From Leucoraja ocellata (lineage: Eukaryota): a stretch of 64,000 nt of DNA. The stretch covers positions 1,054,001 to 1,118,000 of the forward strand of contig JAWMAR010000391.1 in the NCBI GenBank assembly GCA_036785375.1. The letters run 5' to 3'. The notes below the pieces were generated by a model. It was given only the letters and a program-made list of their open reading frames with translations, searched no databases and was not told where the DNA came from. This document shows, one piece after another, positions 62,273 through 64,000 of this stretch. How positions within the stretch are numbered: the stretch's first letter is position 1; every line of letters begins with the position of its first letter. Position numbers and translations under genes: made by a program.

Positions 62273-63295
62273 GAATATTTAACGCTGTAAACCGACAAGG
62301 TGCATCTAAACCAGAACTTGAGGAGAAGCATCAGTTTGTACATATTCTCAGTAGGTTGGTTTAAAGTTAATCTACAAGTGTCATCGTTTTGTTGGTTGTT
62401 TGTGCTTGGACATTCTCCCTTCCTGGTGTGTCATTGGAATGTGAGAAGATGACCATCTGTTGTTAATATTCTGTTGCTGGGCAGAGGTCACTACAAGAGA
62501 ATAGCCCCTCTAATCAAATGGGAATAGCAGCCTTCTCTGCACAAACAATGTGATCTGTTGAGATGATTAAAATCGGGTGGAAGGTTTACCTTCTCAAGGG
62601 AAAGGTGTTTATTATGAGTTCATAGAACAGAGAGTATAGAAATGCAGGAAGGTATAATTAAAGTGTGTGGTGAAGTGTGTTCAGGCAGCACCACCAGTTT
62701 TCTGAAGGCATTAAAGTGTTGGCTACAGAGTGCAGCTAGCAGTCGAATGGTTGCTTTGTGTTCCATTATAGTTATTTCGTTAAGCCCCAGCATGAGTTCT
62801 GTTGAAGCATTCAGAAGGGTAACAAGACTCTTTAATTTTCCTTCAAGGATTTTGTTCCATAGGTCAGAAATCAGGACTTTTGAAATTCATTATTAGCCAG
62901 TAATTACTACTTGTGTATGGGGCTCCTTGGTTTTGCAAATTAAGCGGCTTTCAAGCTTATTCATGAATGTGGGAAAATGTAATTGGGAATAATTTTGCTT
63001 TTGGCTGTATTAAAATGCTTTGCCTTGCTTTAAGAAGCAAATGAATGATGAAGCTGATGACTGGAAGATCGACTTCTAATAAGAATTGCATTGTTATTGC
63101 GGCAATGGGGAAAAGTATTATTTGCTGTGAAATTAATTAAAAGACAAAAATATAACATTTTAAGAGATATTTAGACAGATTTGTGTCTTATTTTTATGTT
63201 TGCATGCCTTCTGCAGAAGAACTACAGCCACAAATGTGTTGCTGAGGTTACTTATTCTTGCTTCACAAATTAACAAGAGTATTTTCTTTCTCCAG

Positions 63296-63460
63296 GTTTA
63301 AATAATGAGGAATATCAAGTGGTTATTGGGAATGATACAACTCGTTACATTATTGATGATTTAGAACCAGCCAGCAACTACACATTCTATATTGTTGCCT
63401 ACATGCCCATGGGAGCCAGTCGAATGTCAGAACATGTGACTCAGCACACCTTGGAAGATG
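63296..63460 (+). CDS. PRTG: Protogenin exon 9 (FN3-1, C-terminal half); the gene continues beyond the window
   Basis: Acceptor tctccag| and donor G|gtacaa; 165 nt. [54 protein letters not shown]. Confidence 0.96.
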
Positions 63461-63499
63461 GTACAAAAAGCTATTCTGAGATTTATTTTTCAATCTTAA

Positions 63500-63630
63500 C
63501 CCCAATCTCCTGCCTTCTCCCCATAACCCCTAAATGCCTGTACTAATCAAGAATCTATCTACCTCTGCCTTTAAAATATTCATTGAGTTGGTCTCCACAG
63601 CAATGAATTCCACAGATTTACCACCCCTTT
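63500..63630 (-). mobile_element. CR1/HER1 3' fragment
   Basis: ctcctgccttctccccataacccct...aatcaagaatctatctacctctgcc...gaattccacagatttaccaccc. Confidence 0.7.
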
Positions 63631-64000
63631 GTCAAACCAAATCTATCCATTTCTTCCAACTAAAAGCTTGGAAAGTTCTTGGTTATTTAACATCTAGGCA
63701 TCGCACCCATGATTTATTCTGCCATTGGGTCACAGGTGTCGTTTATTTCAAATAAAATCGGGACCTAAATTGTTCCTAAAATTAGATGAGATGCTTGAAG
63801 TTTTTTACCAATACGTAGCCTTATTTTAATTGGAGCTTAATGTATCCACTCCCACATGTAAATCATGTTTATTTTGCAGTAATTCATTAAAACAAACGCC
63901 TGCTTCTTCCATCTTCAAACTCTCATTCTACCAAAGAAAATAGTATTAGAATTTCTGAAACAAGTTGTTAATGTATACAAGAGTGGCACAATGAATGAAT

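Noticed and set aside
7761-63546. ORF-track starts and stops for PRTG-like peptides as separate small genes
   Set aside because: They are exons with intronic overhangs; splice sites and phases join into one continuous frame.

Overview
Eukaryotic genomic DNA, probably from a cartilaginous fish such as a skate or ray (inferred from HE1-type SINEs, HER1/CR1 LINEs and Deu-type SINEs). The window holds the 5' part of one + strand gene, protogenin (PRTG; DCC/neogenin-related Ig/FN3 receptor). It has a CpG-rich promoter and nine GT-AG coding exons (4049-63460; 1522 nt, 507 codons plus 1 nt) encoding the signal peptide, four Ig domains and the first FN3 repeat; the gene continues past the window. Intron 2 is about 46 kb and full of transposon relics: CR1, Rex/Babar-like, Penelope-like, HERO-like, Tc1, Harbinger-like MITEs and SINEs. 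The most striking observation is in the 3' UTR of a HERO-like retrotransposon fragment (12674-12748). It contains all three strands of a hammerhead ribozyme core, with perfect 6-bp helices I and III, but in a reversed order that matches none of types I-III, and a consensus kink-turn sits where the backbone would have to fold back. Also notable: short fold-back Penelope-derived elements with 14-15 bp target-site duplications and minimal hammerhead cores, and an in-frame uORF whose stop directly abuts the PRTG start codon. All family assignments are by eye and from memory; no searches were run.
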